A DNA stretch of 64,000 nucleotides from NCBI GenBank assembly GCA_034667685.1, contig JAXDQU010000106.1:32001-96000 (forward strand), in the 5' to 3' direction. The position numbers were made by a program, and so were the translations under genes. The notes below the pieces were generated by a model that was not told the DNA's origin, did not search any database, and worked only from the letters and a program-made list of their open reading frames with translations. This document shows positions 63,362 through 64,000 of this stretch, in pieces (position 1 is the stretch's first letter; every line of letters starts with the position of its first letter). Source of the DNA: Thermoplasmata archaeon (GTDB taxonomy: Archaea; Thermoplasmatota; SW-10-69-26; JACQPN01; JAJPHT01).

Positions 63362-64000
63362 CTACGGTGACAGAGAACCGAAACGCTCGTCTACGGGCTG
63401 GACTCCCGTAAGCAAGGATTGGTTCTCCGTAGAAGGCATGACTGGCTTACGGGAGAGCCGAAGCGCCACGACGTCGACCTCGTGGACGGCCTTCTCGTGG
63501 TGCCGGTACTGATGCCGCAGCGCGAACCGGAGCGCCCAGGCGTGCGTGGGATGGAACCCCGCCGCCTCGGCGTAGGACTCCACGAAGGCGCGCGTCGCCG
63601 CGTTGTGCAGCGTGTAGACGACGGGCGCCGCGCGGAAGGCGGCGTTGAGGAAGACGCGATCCGCGCCCCGCTGCTGCGCGCCGAAAGGCGGGTTCATCAC
63701 GATCGTGTCGGCCGCGCCACGCCACGCCGCGACGTCGGCCTCCACCCACGCGACCCCGGCGCCCAAGCCTTGCGCAGCGCGCCGCGCGACGGCGAGCGCC
63801 TCCGGGTCCACGTCGACGCCCACCGTCTCCGCCGCGCCCAGGAGCGAGGCGCCGATCGCGAGGACGCCCGTGCCGCAGCCCAGATCCGCCACGCGGCGGC
63901 CCGTGATATCACCGAGCGCCAGCGCCTCGTGCAGCAGCGGCGCCGCCAGATCGGCGGGCGTCGCGTACTGCTCCAGGTGCAGCTTCGGCTTCGGATGCGG
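63362..64000 (-). CDS. METTL5-family RNA methyltransferase, 5' end outside window
   Basis: HLEQYATPADLAA, VADLGCGTG, TIVMNPPFG, VVYTLH. Confidence 0.9.
   Translation of the reverse strand, partial: PHPKPKLHLEQYATPADLAAPLLHEALALGDITGRRVADLGCGTGVLAIGASLLGAAETVGVDVDPEALAVARRAAQGLGAGVAWVEADVAAWRGAADTIVMNPPFGAQQRGADRVFLNAAFRAAPVVYTLHNAATRAFVESYAEAAGFHPTHAWALRFALRHQYRHHEKAVHEVDVVALRLSRKPVMPSTENQSLLTGVQPVDERFGSLSP

Overview
High-GC (roughly 70% by eye) archaeal chromosome segment, most consistent with a Thermoplasmatota-like lineage. Archaeal markers are GGGP and DGGGP synthases, RpoL, Csl4, Nmd3, DUF424, a GHMP-type shikimate kinase and the ADH synthase/DHQ synthase II pair. The housekeeping backbone includes a nine-gene aromatic amino acid operon carrying its own lysC/asd, ether-lipid genes, lhr and the METTL5-csl4-rpoL-truD run. 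Accessory blocks: (i) a 6.8 kb segment bounded by an exact 22-bp direct repeat, encoding an exosortase-H-like protein and three paralogous secreted polyglycine-rich proteins, only the last carrying an IPTLxxWG-like sorting tail; (ii) a three-gene DUF2589-like / HhH / papain-like protease operon; (iii) two TrmB regulators, a second sortase and a DUF3494 ice-binding domain on a collagen stalk of about 106 triplets; (iv) a tandem-AbrB gene and two convergent paralogous serine recombinases behind a 12-bp-phased ACTAG array. Sequence-level signals: an over-represented palindrome TGMTAKCA (20 copies found by eye), a GCTAGATCT-N4-AGATCTAGC palindrome seen twice, two long intergenic inverted-repeat elements, an in-frame amber codon followed by a hairpin, and a probable CTG start. 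No rRNA, tRNA or CRISPR array was recognised. All calls come from motif recognition by eye; no database searches were run.
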